Of a stretch of 64,000 nt of DNA, positions 37,485-50,857 are shown one piece after another. The translations under genes were made by a program, and so were the position numbers. This DNA is from Lepidodermella squamata (lineage: Eukaryota; Animalia; Gastrotricha). Every line of letters begins with the position of its first letter. Position 1 is the stretch's first letter. Where the stretch lies: NCBI GenBank assembly GCA_047495785.1, contig JBLDXI010000034.1, positions 62,001 to 126,000 of the forward strand, given 5' to 3'. The notes beneath the pieces were generated by a model. The model was given only the letters and a program-made list of their open reading frames with translations. It searched no databases and was not told the origin of the DNA.

Positions 37485-39930
37485 AGATTTTGTTAGTGCA
37501 CAAAATCGACTAAAGAAATGCCTACCGCTTTGAACTTGGCAGCAGGTTTTCATCAGCACTGACTTCCACTCATCCTGGAAGTCTCATCATTTGTTATGGA
37601 TTGTTATGGACAAATACTAGTTGGTAGAAACAAAAATTACATTTGCATCACCTTCCGTTGGCGTGCTGCCAACTTTTGCTGCTAAGTTCAACTTTTACGC
37701 TGTAAAAAGGGTGCATCGATTTGGGACCCCATTTGTTATATCCGACACATAACAAACGTGAGAATTTGTTATACAACGTAACAAATGACGCTGATTGCGA
37801 TGGTGCCTTTTATTTTTCTATCAGCATCACCTGGACAGGTGTGGATCGAAAAATCCAGGTAAGGTGGCTTACCTGAGCAGGTAGGGTGCGTCTCATGACC
37901 CCGAGAGTATTTTTTCGGATTCTCCGTCGTAAATTATTGGTATTCACGAAGTTTTATGAATTCCTGATGCACATAACTCACGAAATGAGAAATACAATGA
38001 TATTACACAGATTATAGCAATTTGTCAGTCTATAATAAGAGTTACTCGCTTGGAAGCGGAAACTTGGATTCTTCAACATGGCACTGTGTGTGTCTAATAA
38101 TGAGTGCACTAGGGTAAACAATGATGCAGAATTCAACCATGCTATTGTCTAATCAATGAAACTGATTGCTACGTGGCTAATTGATCACGTGACCTAGCCG
38201 CTTAATCAAGTTTCTGATGGGTGCGAATTTAATTATATTACCCTATTTGCTATAACTGTCAGCATATCATAAAAAACGTGGGACTTTGTCCTATTTGGTA
38301 AAAAATTGGCGCTGAAAACGCTGGTGATGTTCATTTTACTATCAGCACCTTCTGGACAGGTGAGAATTGCCAAGAAAAGGTAAGGTGTCTTATTCCAGCG
38401 AGCATCATAATGAGACTCTATTCTGAATTCAGTTCAAGGCAATTTTGTGTAATTTTATTAAATTGATTAAATTTATGAGGTTCTACTGTTCTTCTAAATG
38501 AAGCTCTGAAGTTCATGTTGTGTTGAATACATGTAGAAAAATCTGTAGTTTCCAAGCGGCCCCACAATTTAATCGAGAAGGCTAGGTGGCAATTTTCGGG
38601 TAGTCTCATGAAATGTTCTAGGTCATCCACCGTAGACAATTGGTAATAGATTTCAATTTTGAATTTTCACATCGGAATTTGATTTAGAGAAAATAAAGAA
38701 AATAAGTTGCCTCGGCCGATGACAGGAAAAATATGCATGCATTGCGGCCGGTTGGAGACATTTCCGGCCGCCAAAATCGCCTGCAGTTGTAAAGTTAACA
38801 CAACTTAGCCCCCTGCGTCTTGTTGTGGCCCCTGTAAAATAGCTTCTGTTAGCAAACATTTTAATTTTTAATTTTTTACTTCGAGTAATCATTGTCCGAA
38901 TGATGCTTAATAGTTCAAGCTATTGATACCAGTAACAGTAAAATTGGGATACATATCACTGAAAACTCGGGCGGAAGAAGAACATCCCTGGATTACGTTT
39001 CATTATGTTGCTGCTGGAAGAAAACTCATCTTTCTTTTGACAATTCTCACCTGTCTAGAAGCTGCTGATAATGGAATGAACATTACTAAAGTTTTCAGCG
39101 CTACTTTTTACAGTCTAGAATAAAATTTCATATTTGTTACGTAGTGCTGTCAGTTATAAGTTCTAACAAATAATATCGTAATCTAATTCAATTCAGACCC
39201 ATTTGAAATTTGAATAGGCGGCTAGGTCACGTGATCAATTAACCACCCATGCAGCCGTCAATTATTTTTGGTTGGTGAATTTTTTACCTTACAGCTTTCA
39301 TTGTTAACCACAATTTAAGGTGTAATGTAAAAAATCCAAGTTTCCGCTTCCAAGCGAGTAACTCTCATTGTAAACTGCCATCAACGGCATTGAAATTGCA
39401 ACTTTATTTGAACTCAATTTTATTTCTCGAGTTATAGGAATCGGAAATCCGCAAAACTTCTTCACGTAGGGTAATTTACGACGGAGAATCCGAAAAAAAT
39501 ACTCTCGGGGTCATGAGACGCACCCTACCTGCTCAGGAAAGCCACCTTACCTGGATTTTTCGATCCACACCTGTCCAGGTGATGCTGATAGAAAAATAAA
39601 AGGCACCATCGCAATCAGCGTCATTTGTTACGTTGTATAACAAATTCTCACGTTTGTTATGTGCTGCTGTCGGATATAACAAATGGGGTCCCAAATCGAT
39701 GCACCCTTTTTACAGCGTAAAAGTTGAACTTAGCAGCAAAAGTTGGCAGCACGCCAACGGAAGGTGATGCAAGTGTAATTTTTGTTTCTACCAACTAGTA
39801 TTGGTCCATAACAATCCATAACAAATGATGAGACTTCCAGGGTGAGTGGAAGTCAGTGCTGATGAAAACGCGCTGCTAGGTTCCGTTGGGTAAATGCCTC
39901 TGATTATTGTTTTTACTACTAACAAAATCA
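37485..39930. mobile_element. Foldback/long-TIR element (about 2.4 kb palindromic structure)
   Basis: 37546-37936 and 39472-39869 are near-identical inverted arms. Patchier inverted matches continue inward (38039-38070 vs 39333-39364; 38179-38201 vs 39218-39240) and outward. Confidence 0.85.
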
Positions 39931-40685
39931 GAATGCCGGGGGGAACCCCCATACTGTCACCGTTTGTGAGTGGACAAGTTGTTTGTTTGTTTGTATGCCG
40001 CCAGTGTGCGCGCAGTCTCTGCACGCCTGTCGCGCACTCCATTAATTATTTAGCTATTTAGTTACGGAACGACGCGACAGTGTCAAAAAATGTAACATCA
40101 CCTGGTCAAAAAATATTTTGACTACGGCATCGAGCAATGTCTCAAATTGAAGCTTACATGGTCATCAACATTTAAACATATTAATATTACATAAGCACTT
40201 TCAACTGTCGTCAAAATGTTGTTGGGTAAAATTCCATCTTTTGGCATTTCGTCAATGTCAAATGTGTACCATTTTTGACAAGGTAAAAATCATGTTAACT
40301 GACAAAACTGACTATAGTCATATATATTTCCTGAAAGCTCATGTCCAGGGCTTTCTGGAAATATATAAATTTCTATCTAAATCGCGAATTTTTTTCCGGT
40401 GGTCAGGTTGACAGTTACACGTTTTTACCCTTTTGGCTTTTTGATCTAAAACTAGTTAACTACCGTGTAAATTACAGCCGTATTGTCACCGTTTATGTCA
40501 GGGATATGTTTATTTGTAAGTCGCTCAGTCTCGCCCGTTGTGCTGTGGATCCAGCCAGTAACTAGTAACTGGGAGTCAGCTACGTGACGAAGTTGGTTGT
40601 AGATTGGAGAACGAGCGGTCATCGCGAACGGTCATCACGAGCGGTCATCACGAGCGGTCACGACCTCGATCCTGGCGCCCCATTT

Positions 40686-41681
40686 TGAGATGCGATATCA
40701 CTAACCTTCTTATTGTTGAAGATAGAAGCTCTAACAGCTAAACGTGAAGCGTGGCAACTACTCAGGAGTCTTAAAAGGTACTGGCCGAAGCGTTCGGCCT
40801 GCCCTATTAAGCTTGGGGATGGCGGCGTCCTTTTGCTGTCTGTCGATGGTGCTCATATTAGGTTACTCGATCAGTTGTTGAAACTCATTTCGCCGTTGAC
40901 CGAATCTGTCGCTCTCAGGCTCTTAGGCTGCTATCACCGGCAGTTTGACGCGTCCGAACTTGATCTGCGACGAACTGAGTCTCTACAACTCCCAGAACCT
41001 CCGAGTTCTCCGTTCTCCGGTGCGTGGCAGCCGATACTGTGTTTCGTCTTGAGACTTTTATAACTCCCTGGTTCGAGGCCTTATTAGTCCTATTTTCCAT
41101 GAGCGAGGAAACGGACACTTGACACAGCGAGAGAACTACTGCTAGGGATGGTAGGGATCGTCCCTACCAGTTCCGCGGTCCTACTTCACTATCATCCACG
41201 AACTGAGCTTCTTCAACTCCCAGTACCGCTGAGTTTTCCGTTAGCCAGCGCTTGGTTCTATTTAGCATACACTTTTACTCGCCTGTGGCTTTCTACAACT
41301 CCCGGGTTAGATGGTATTAGCCCCATTTTCTAAAGGTGCCGATCTACACCGTAGTCTTACCGTACTTCTACCGTAGTGAACACGTTGCCGTTTAGTACGG
41401 TACCGTAGGTGGAAAAAATGAAAAAGTGACGGTAGCAGATGAGAATTGAACCCTCAATCGAACCCTCGAAAACAGGCACCTTATCAACTGAGCTATCGTG
41501 CAGTTTCGGACATGCTAGTCATTTGAAGGTGTCCCTGAATAGTTTTTCGCGATAGTTTCAAACGAGACAGTTTCTAGAAACTTTCATTTCTAGAAAAAAG
41601 TTGTCAGGGGAAAACTATGGTACCGTGCTGAAAAACTACCGTACCGCAGTGCTTTACCATAGTTTTACCGTAGTCGTGACA
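40686..41681 (-). mobile_element. Putative 5' LTR (about 1 kb) followed by a PBS-like site
   Basis: On the minus strand it starts TGTCACG (41681) and ends ..GCATCTCA (40686), followed by AAA-TGGGGCGCCAGG. It holds an internal tandem repeat of about 230 bp and a TATA-like TTATAAAAG. Confidence 0.4.
41435..41501 (-). other. tRNA-derived sequence (A/B-box); second copy at about 43127-43193
   Basis: Minus strand GCACGATAGCTCAGTTGATAAGGTGCC...GAGGGTTCAATTCTCATCTGC. Does not form a proper cloverleaf. Confidence 0.55.
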
Positions 41682-44181
41682 TATGTACGGTATGGATCGG
41701 TGGTGCAAGGGGTGTCATCTCGTTTGTACATAATGTGCATAACTGGTCTCCTCCGTTTACCCAGCACCCTTGGCACGGCGCGGGATGCCATCCTGAGAGT
41801 CCGTCCTACGACTACTACGTCAGAGTCTCCGCCCTCGAGCACAGCTGTCGCTTGCCAGGCGTGCCTTTCTTTAATGTGGCACATTCAACGCCGCCATGAG
41901 GTAACGCCGTTCGCTAAGTGGTGCCGTTGCGTGAGGAGAAGGTTGCTGTGGATCTTGGTCTTGGCATGCATAGAGATTACAGCAGGCTCGATTCAGGCCC
42001 GATAGTTTACAGGCAGAACTATCATCCATTGTTCTCGTCAGTCTCAAAGGTTCCCCCCGGCGCTACTGCGGCAGCTTTGCTGCTGCTGTTGCCAATTTAG
42101 TTTTGGCTTTTTGAACTAAAACTAGTTAACCAGCCTATACATTACAGCCGTATCGTCAACCGTCACCGTTTATGTCAGCTTTTGGCTATTCTCCGCCTCA
42201 ATAAGAGCTTCATTAGAAGCCTACATATTTAATACATCGTCTTTCTTCAACTCAGAGGAAGCCGAAGAGGACGATAATTTCCGTTTCTTAGCTGTTGCAG
42301 ATAAGCTGCTAGAGCTAGCCACACTACTAGTTTCACTTTCACTACCGCTCATTGATGACAAGAAACGTTCAAGCAATCAAAAATAAGTATTGATGAAGAT
42401 CTATTACAAATACGTCGAATTTGCGCCACGTGGCAATAATTGATCATTGGACTTTGCTCAGTGACCTCATGAAAAAACACGCGTTCACGTGCACGTCGAG
42501 TATGGTCGAGTATAGCCGAGTTTTAGCCGCGGGCCAGACTCGACTCGACTCGATTCGACGAGTCCGGGGTCTATACTCGTACTCGAATCGACAGCAAAAT
42601 TTTCGTCTCGTTGCAGGCCTCTACTCTACAACTCCCAGAACCACCGAGTTATCCGTTCTCCGATGCGTGATAGCCGCCGCGTATCGCCTTGAGACTTTCA
42701 TAACTCCCTGCATAGATCACTCCTTTCTCTATGACTCCCTGGTTAGAGGCATTATTAGTCCTATTTTCTACGAGCGAGGAAACGGAAACTTCACTCAGCG
42801 GTAGAACTACCGCTAGGGATGGTAGGGATCGTCCCTACCAGTTCCCCGGTCTTACTTCACTATCATCCACGAACTCAGCCTCTTCAACTCCCAGTACCGC
42901 TGAGTTTTCCGTTAGCCAGCGCTTGGTTCTATTTAGCATACACTTTTACTCGCCTGTGGCTTTCTACAACTCCCGGGTTAGATGGTATTAGCCCCATTTT
43001 TCTAACCGTAGCACCACCGTAGTTCCTACCGTAGTTCTACCGTCTACCGTTGTGAACACGTTTAGTACGTACCGTTTAGTACCGTTTAGTACGGTACCGT
43101 AGGTGGACATGATGAAAAGTGACAGTAGCAGATGAGATTTGAACCCTCAATTGAACCCTCGAAAACAGGCACCTTATCAACTGAGCTATCGTGCAGTTTC
43201 GGACATGCTAGTCATTTGAAGGTGTCACTGAGTGGTTTTTGCGTTCGTTTCAAACAAGACAGTTTCTGGAAAGTTTTGATTTCTAGAAAAAAGTCTACTA
43301 GTGAAAACTATGGTACCGTGCTGAAAAACTACCGCACCGCAGTGCTTTACCGTAGTTTCTACCGCAGTCGTGACTAAGATACACAGCACTTTTGGCCCGG
43401 CGCAGGACGCCATCTTGAGAGTCCGTCCTACAACTACTACGCCAGAGTCTCCGCCCTCGAGCACTGCTGTCGCTTGCCAGGCGAGTTTGTGTGGCGCATT
43501 CAACGCCGCTCTGAGGTAACCTTGGGAGGTAACGCCGTTCGCTAAGTGGTGCCGCTGCGTGAGGTTATGGAAAGGTTGCTGTAAATCTTGGTCTTGGCGC
43601 ATGCATAGAGATTACAGCAGGCTCGATTCAGGCCTAACCCGATAGTTTACAGGTAGAACTACCATCATTGTTCTCGTCAGTCTCAAAGGTTCCCCCCGGC
43701 GCTACTGCGGCAGCTTTGCTGCTGCTGTTGCCAATAAAGAAATACTCAATGGTGGTTGTTTTTAACATAAATGTATAAAGAAATGCTCTCTGTTTTTTGC
43801 CTTGTTTTCAACAAAATCTGTTGATAATAAAGAAACGTACCCGTGGATTTTTAGCTTTCAAAATATTTTTAGAATGTGAAAGGTGAGAGATGACAGGTAA
43901 TTTCACGTCGGCTTTTACATCAAAATGAAGTAAATTGAATTCTCTATCGATTGAATATAGATTTGTTACGATTGAAATTTGAGAATTAAACATTTTACGT
44001 GCACAATTTGTACATGGTGGTGCGCTCGCGTGAGGTCACCCGCCCTAATTTTTCAGTGTTCGTAAAACTTTCCATGTAACCGCGCGCGCGGAAGGCTTGA
44101 GCAGATCGGTTAAGCTTAGACTTAAAACTTAAGCGACTCCACCATTTATACGTACATTTATACGTTTTTCACCTTTAATAG

Positions 44182-45116
44182 CGACATGCCCGGCTGGCCA
44201 GGTCTGCGGAGGTACTTCATGCCCCAGTAGTCGATATTGTGGAACGACGGTAGGAATTGGCGCCTTAATTTGCATCAACTATCAAACCATGCGTATAACA
44301 GGGCTTATTCTCAATGTTAGTTGGCAGTAACCAATGGCCAAGTCACTTTCTGCATGAACAGGCCCGGCGCATAGTGTGGACTGCTGACAGGTGGAGCGGT
44401 AGGCTTTGTACTCAGTGAAATCATTTATTAAATAAAATGTATTGCCGTTCATTAATTTCCCAGATTGGATATGCTCTACCTACTTATACAGCGTGTGCAT
44501 CTGAGTTGATTTCATGATGTTTTCCCTCTGTTTTTGAGATTTACTCCTATTTTTTCAAGTCGGTTCGAAGCTGTTGCAACTACAAGCAGCTGAGCATTCG
44601 ATGCATCCCAAGAAACGCTGGCTGCTCCTCGGATGAAGTCCTCGTGAGTTTCAAATGAGTCACTTGACTGTGTCAATAATTCTGCCTAGGCCTATGAGTA
44701 TATTGGCGAGTTCTTCTCATCGAAATACGACGAATGCCGGTTCGATATCAAGAAATTCCTGGTTCGTTAATTTTTCCACCTATTTCAAGTGTGACTTTTT
44801 GCTCCGCGCAGACCCGCCCGGCCAATCTATGCGATAAAAGTGGTCAACGCGTTTGTGTTGCTCATAATGCCAGCTGTCCGATTGATTTTGTGAGTTAAGT
44901 TATCACACTTCTCTAAAATAAAAAATTTGAACGTATTATTCATCAGAGGAATAAGTCGGTTTTTTATTCGAAAAGGCATCACATTTTTTCCCCAAATTCT
45001 AAAAAGTCAAATTCTGATTCTACCTAAATATTTTCTATTTATTTTCATGCTCTTTTTTTAACAGACTTTTGTTCGGACTGTGACCTCAATTGAGCAATGC
45101 TATTCGGAGCTGTCTA
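44182..45116 (+). pseudogene. Chimeric pseudogene: exons 2-3 of a paralogue-D copy followed by exons 2-6 of a copy of the 46590 gene
   Basis: 44182-44398 matches 34131-34348, with a 2-nt deletion and two TAG stops. 44464-45116 matches exons at 46789-47420 (IGYALPTYTAC, SVRSCCNYKQ..CSSDEVL, YDECRFDIKKFL, TRPANLCDKSG, TFVRTVTSIEQCYSEL). Confidence 0.85.
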
Positions 45117-46032
45117 GTAAGTCTAGTATTATTCTAGTATTATTATAATATATATAAATATATAACTGTGCTTGATAATTTATGTCTTCAATGATTTTGT
45201 TGGGGCCCGAGCCTGATTTCGGCCCGGTGGCGTTCCGCTCCACTGCATACGGACCGGACGAGGTGTTGGCTCGAGCACGGCGGAGAACAATGGGAATCAG
45301 TGCTACTGTTAGGCGCTCGCGCGCGCCGTACTTGGCCGTAATACCCTGAAATCCGATCCCTCCTTTTCGATAGCGAACATGACTAAAGAAAATGAGGCAT
45401 TTGCTTTGCTCTCTTTTGGGTATGTCTTAGTAATGTCTACAGAATCCGAGCTTAAGTACAAGTGAAACGTGAATGGCGGAACATAATGGAACCTCGAAAT
45501 TTGGTGTAATCGATGCAAATCGGGCTATTCACAGCGTCAAATTTGTCAAGATTCAGTGGACTACCGCTGGGTACGATGTAAATACTCCAATTCGCCCAAA
45601 TTGCGATCGCTTGAAACGTGAAATTCGACCAGCCAATTTTTCGCCTGCGAATCGATTGGCTGCAAGGGTATTAATTGCGAGTAAATAAAGATGTCGATGT
45701 GCGATTGAAGAACATCAAGCATGACATCAAGGCGCTTCGATTTCCGGTGTTCATCAACCTAGAAAGCGTTAAACTGTGATAAAAGAATAAACTGTGATCG
45801 AAACTAAATAATTTATTAATTTATCTATTTAAAACCGATTGATGGCGGTGATTTCTACCATCAAATATTGCTGCATGTAACTCTCGTAGTGACTTTTGTT
45901 ATGGTACCTGTGAATGACCAAGCTGAGCTCAGGGCCTTCCTGATATTAAATGGCCTGATTCCTGTCGCTGCTGTGAACGATGGCTTCCTCTCTTGGGTAT
46001 CTCTTAAATAAATAAATGAAGCGCCAATTGAT

Positions 46033-46150
46033 TACCAACCGAAGTATCAAGCCAAATTGCCAGCAAAGAAGAAGGACTTGATTGATCTTTGCAAAAGCGG
46101 TATCATCTCTTTAGTGCATCACTCATTTTATGACCAGCTTACTGAGGATA
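46033..46150 (+). pseudogene. C-terminal scrap of a Sola1-type transposase
   Basis: YQPKYQAKLPAKKKDLIDLCKSGIISLVHHSFYDQL resembles QKYEKRLPIESSLKKDLIEMVNKGTIP at about 5810-5890. Confidence 0.6.
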
Positions 46151-46589
46151 AAGGCGTCGAAGAATTTTTACCCGTTGGCGACTTACGAACTTATAATAAC
46201 AATTTGTTTAAATTATAATTTTCAAGATGTAATAAATGATAAATAAATTAACTACCAGAAGCAGAAAATTATCGCAAGTGTCAAACAGCTTTTTATTACT
46301 TTTAATAAGCAATCGCCTATTTTGCTGAAAAAATCGCATGAAACATCATGCTTAAACAAATTGTTGCCAAAGAAACTATGGACTAGATCGCGTGCCGAAA
46401 ACGATAGCGTATTTTTCTACGTTAATACTTGTTGTCGTGAAAAGAGGATAATAATTACACGCGTCATCCAACGCAACTAGCCGCCACGCGATCAGGCGTA
46501 TGGTCAACGGTTATTTTTTTCATTCGTTATTCGTTCAAATTTTGCTTTCGATTAAACTTCATATTTTCTAATATAATAAAACGCTAGTC

Positions 46590-47826
46590 ATGTCGACTCT
46601 GCTTGGCCTTTTGCTGTTCTTTCCACTGGTCAATCTGTGCGAAGCTCAAGGAACATTCAAACGCTGCTTCTCTCGTCTAAATGATTCATTCGCTGGCTGT
46701 AAAAGCGATTGCTCATACCTGGATGAAGTTTGGGTAATTATTTGCAAATTCTGTTCTCTTATTTTTGATTTATGATTGATTTTTCAGATCGGAACTGCTC
46801 TAACTAGCTATGCGTCATGCATAGCTGGGGTAAATGTTTGTCCTTTAATCCCTGAAATACATTCCCATTTTTTTTCAGTCGGCTCGAAGCTGTTACAACT
46901 ACAAGCAGTTCAGTATGCGATGCATTCCTAGAAACGCTGGCTGTTCCTCGGATGAAGTCCTAGTGAGTTTTTCATATGAATTATTCGATTGTGCTCAACC
47001 ATTCTGCCCAGGTATACGAGTTCATCGGCAACCTCTTCTCGCCAAAATACGACGAATGCCGCAGCGATATTAAAAAATTCCTAGTTTGTTTTAGCTTATT
47101 TGTCAATTACAATTGTTAATTTCAACTCCACGCAGACCCGCCCGGCTAACCTGTGCGAAAAAAGCGGCCAATGTGTATGTGTTGCATTTAACGCCACCTG
47201 CCCGCCCAATCATGTGAGTTAATATTTATTGAGAAATAAAATGTTCGCGTCCTCTCATCATTAATCCCGCCTGGTCGGGAAAATGGAACGACATGTTGCT
47301 TTACTAATTTCTTGACCTAGATTGAAATTTGTTTCGTAACCTTTGCATTGTGGTGGATTTTATAACAGACTTTTATTCGAACTATTGCCACCATTGAGAA
47401 ATGCTACTCGGAGCTGTACGGTACGTAATCATGCTCTTTATTCCACGTTGCAAGCTGCCTTTGTTTCTTTAGTTGTACGAAATGCTGACAACTTCAAGAC
47501 TCATTACCGCTGCTTTTCTGCGAGTGATCGGTCATTCAATGGCTGCCAATCAACAGCTTGTAATTCAACCTACCAGACTAATGTAATACTGCTACGTCAT
47601 TTTTTCGTTCATCTCTAAACTTCAGAACTTGTTATTTCAGACGTTCAGCTCTGGTTCCTATATCGACAAAGATCATTGCACTAGAGGGGTTGGTTTTCCA
47701 CGAAATGCGAAACATTTTTTTACTCTGCTTTTTTTTACTGATCAGCCGGCAGCGCTTTGCTCTTCATCGACTGGTCTAGTTTGCCGAAACAATTGCCCGC
47801 CACCGAGCTTCACGCATGTAAGCTAA
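46590..47826 (+). CDS. Secreted protein composed of tandem 4-Cys modules (9 or more exons)
   Basis: Signal MSTLLGLLLFFPLVNLCEA, then in-frame exons with mostly phase-0 introns: FKRCFSRLNDSFAGCKSDCSYLDE|IGTALTSYASCIAG|SARSC..RC..GCSSDEVL|VYEFIG..YDEC..|TRPANLC..|..|..YRCFS..FNGC..|..|PAALCSSSTGLVCRNNCPPPSFTH. The 3' end is uncertain because CAT|GTAAG could be another donor. Confidence 0.85.
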
Positions 47827-48272
47827 TCTACGAGGCGTTCGAGTCTTGATACTGTTTTTGAGCTTGAAAAAGCAAATGCATTTAAGATGAGTACAGTGCT
47901 CCCTCGTTAGTGGCACCCTCCTCAAAAGAACTCCCTCGTTTGTAGACCGTAATTTTGGACCCCGCAAAATATATCAGTTGTTAATTTTTAATTAAACAAA
48001 AAATAATTATCTGATCAAAGAAATTAAGTGTGAAAAATTTGCGCTCTTAGAAACCTGGCGGCGCGTTGCCGTGGTTTTGAGAGATCCAGTTTTTTCAAGT
48101 ACCGTAAGCTTGTCTTACTTCGGACAAAAACGTGTTTTTGGGGCTTAGTTTTTCGATGAGGTGAACGAATTTTTTAACGGGCTTTATGTAAAAAGATGCG
48201 CTTTGAAAAACTGCATATTCTAGTATCAACTCCGGTAGAAAATATTTTTTCCCGTAGGTATTAAAGGAAAAC

Positions 48273-48645
48273 GGGTCCCCCACAGAGCAGCAGGCTTCAA
48301 AGCAGGGTAAACGCACTAGACAGTCCTCCCAGCAGGCGCTCAGGCTTAGCCTCTGATTTTACACCAATGGACTAACATGATGGTCAGCCATTCTAGCTTT
48401 TCACACCAAAAATTGAAGAGCACAAGTCATGAAAACTCCGTAACTCCGGACCTCAATTTTGTCGAAAAAGTCGTTTTTCGAACATTTTCCAAAATTCATA
48501 AGCCGGGTTATTAAAGTTATGATGAGACCATATTCAGAAAATTACGCAGAATTTTATCGTAATTAATTCGATTTATTGTTGCGTGGCGTTTGCACCGCTT
48601 TTTGAGTTTATCCTGCTTTGAAGCCTGCTGCTCTGTGGGGGACCC
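48273..48645. mobile_element. Mutator-like (MULE) MITE
   Basis: TIR of about 40 bp, GGGTCCCCCACAGAGCAGCAGGCTTCAAAGCAGG. Perfect 9-bp TSD AAGGAAAAC at 48264-48272 and 48646-48654. Confidence 0.9.
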
Positions 48646-50408
48646 AAGGAAAACTGGCCCGGCTAACTTCGGACACAACTGGGGTAATTTCGGACAACTC
48701 AGTGTGAATATGAAGATCGGGGCCAAAGTTCACATTAAAGCGAGATACGATTTGTTCGCAGATTTAAATTGAAAAAAATTGAAAAAAAAACAAAATGCGT
48801 GATGAGGGATTTGAACCCTCGATCGTGAATTGGTGTGCTCTCAACGCAGCTGGTGCTGTTCTCACTGAGATATGGCGTTAAAAAATTGTCAAGGTCGATT
48901 GGCATCTTTTTAAATTCTTTATAGTTTGAAGCTGTTCGAAATTAGCCGTGACAAAATTGGTTTTCTGAAGCATTTCCTGATCAAAATTTTCGGTTGAAAC
49001 GGTTTGAACATAACAGCATTACTAAATCGATGGCGCTCTACCTTTCCGCTTCTTTCCACAAAAAATACCTACTTGGTGAAACGTTTATGGTGAAATTAGT
49101 AATTCGTTTCAACGAAACTATAAAAATGCCCTTCTATCTTCAACCTTCTAGATTTGCGGATTTTTCACGAGTCACGAGGCCAATTGCTGATCAACCAGTT
49201 GACCCATTGAATTGCCACTGTATAACGAGGGAGCACTGTATAACTGATAAAATGGGCTGGTTCTCTGCCAGAGCAATTGCAATATTCGCGGGATATACAT
49301 TTGTTTGAATTTTTTTAATTCAAAAACATCTATATGCCACGAGGCTGTAATAGGTGCGATACTCAGGCCCAAGCTACTTTGGTCAAAAACAAGTTTAGCC
49401 TTAATCCTGCTTGATTGATCGCAGACTATCGGTCTGTCAATTTTTTCCGGTCTCAGCAAAACCAGACCTTTTTGCCCTGGAGCAAGACCAAGACCCAGAC
49501 CGACAGATAGCAATCTTTAAACCAAGACCAAAGACCAAAGACCGTTAAAATTATTGGGTGGTATTCTTAAAGAATTGTTATGAAACACAGAAGTTGGGAC
49601 AAACGCCCGAAATAGCTGTTAATCCGACGGTGGAGCGCTTTCTGCAAAACCAAGTTTCAAATTTCAAAACCGAACTTTTTCAAACCCCCTGTTAAAACCG
49701 CCCAAATTTACTCTTGAACTGAATGATCCCCTTCATCCCCCTGAAAGTCGCACGCTGTAATGAGTACTCTATACGGATCCAAGACCAAGACTAAGGACGG
49801 GATCTGATATCGGCTAATAGGCGATGAAACTTGACGCATTAGCGAAAAACTAACTTCAGGGAAAAACTCTGAAACCACCTCTTCTAGTGAGCGTAATTTA
49901 AGATGGCTGATTGATTGGCATCCTTATTCCAATAGGATAACTCTCACCCGCGTTATTACGTGGGAGTATAAATAAATTTATTTAGCAGACATTTTTGAGG
50001 GTATTTCCTGCCTGGCTATAAAATAGAAAATAGTTGACCAATTCTTCATCAAAAGCAGTCCTTTTGTATATCTGGACATTTCTCCTATTATGAAACGATA
50101 GTGCATTCATATTGATTAGCCTTCGTTTTAATTAAATTCAATGGATTCACCTTCTCGCTGATTAATCAAGAAATTTTACCTTATTTTTCTGAAAATAATT
50201 TATTGGGTGTTGCTATTGGCACATAATTATGTGCCTCTTATTGGCTATTGGCACATATTGCACATATTGGCACAAATTAGCTGCGGAAAGAAGTACCGTC
50301 CCAAAAATCGACTGTCGCAGCCAAATAAGCATTGTGACCTGCCCGATTTTGTAAAATGCGCGAAAATAATGTAAAATGGAATGGAGCAATAAATCATCAT
50401 GTTAGTTT

Positions 50409-50669
50409 GGTTCCATGCTAATTGAGCAAACGAAAATTGAGCAACGAAACTTGAGCAAGAGCTTTTGAGCAACGATATAAGAGCAAACGAAATTAGAGCA
50501 AAACAGCTTTTGAGCAAAATCAGATTAGAGCAAATTGTGTTTACAATAAATAAGAGCTAATATTAATTATTAAATTTGCTCTCGTGTCGTTTTGCTCCGA
50601 TATCGTTGCTCAAAAGCCCTTGCTCAATTTTCGTTACTCAATTTTCGTTTGCTCAATTGGCATAGAACT
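50409..50669. mobile_element. MITE with repetitive inverted arms
   Basis: GTTCCATGCTAATTGAGCAAACGAAAATTGAG.. versus ..CTCAATTTTCGTTTGCTCAATTGGCATAGAAC, with GAGCAA/TTGCTC arrays. Confidence 0.75.
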
Positions 50670-50857
50670 GCCAGTTAATGCCAGATGGTTTTTTTCTATC
50701 GAGTGAAACAAAATGCGGCTATGATATCTCACTTGTTAGTCAAGCTACCGGGGAACGTAACAATTTTCACAACAAAAAGGTAAAACTTTGTAAATAATTT
50801 GAGAAAATCAATTCTTTGAACATTTTTACACCGTTAGAATTCCGATTCGTTAGAAGA

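Larger units (their letters stand above)
40431..43735. repeat. Diverged tandem duplication (units about 40431-42096 and 42101-43735)
   Basis: Both units start TTTTGGCTTTTTGA.CTAAAACTAGTTAAC. About 40980-42096 aligns with about 42625-43735, and both end GCTGCTGTTGCCAAT. Confidence 0.9.
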
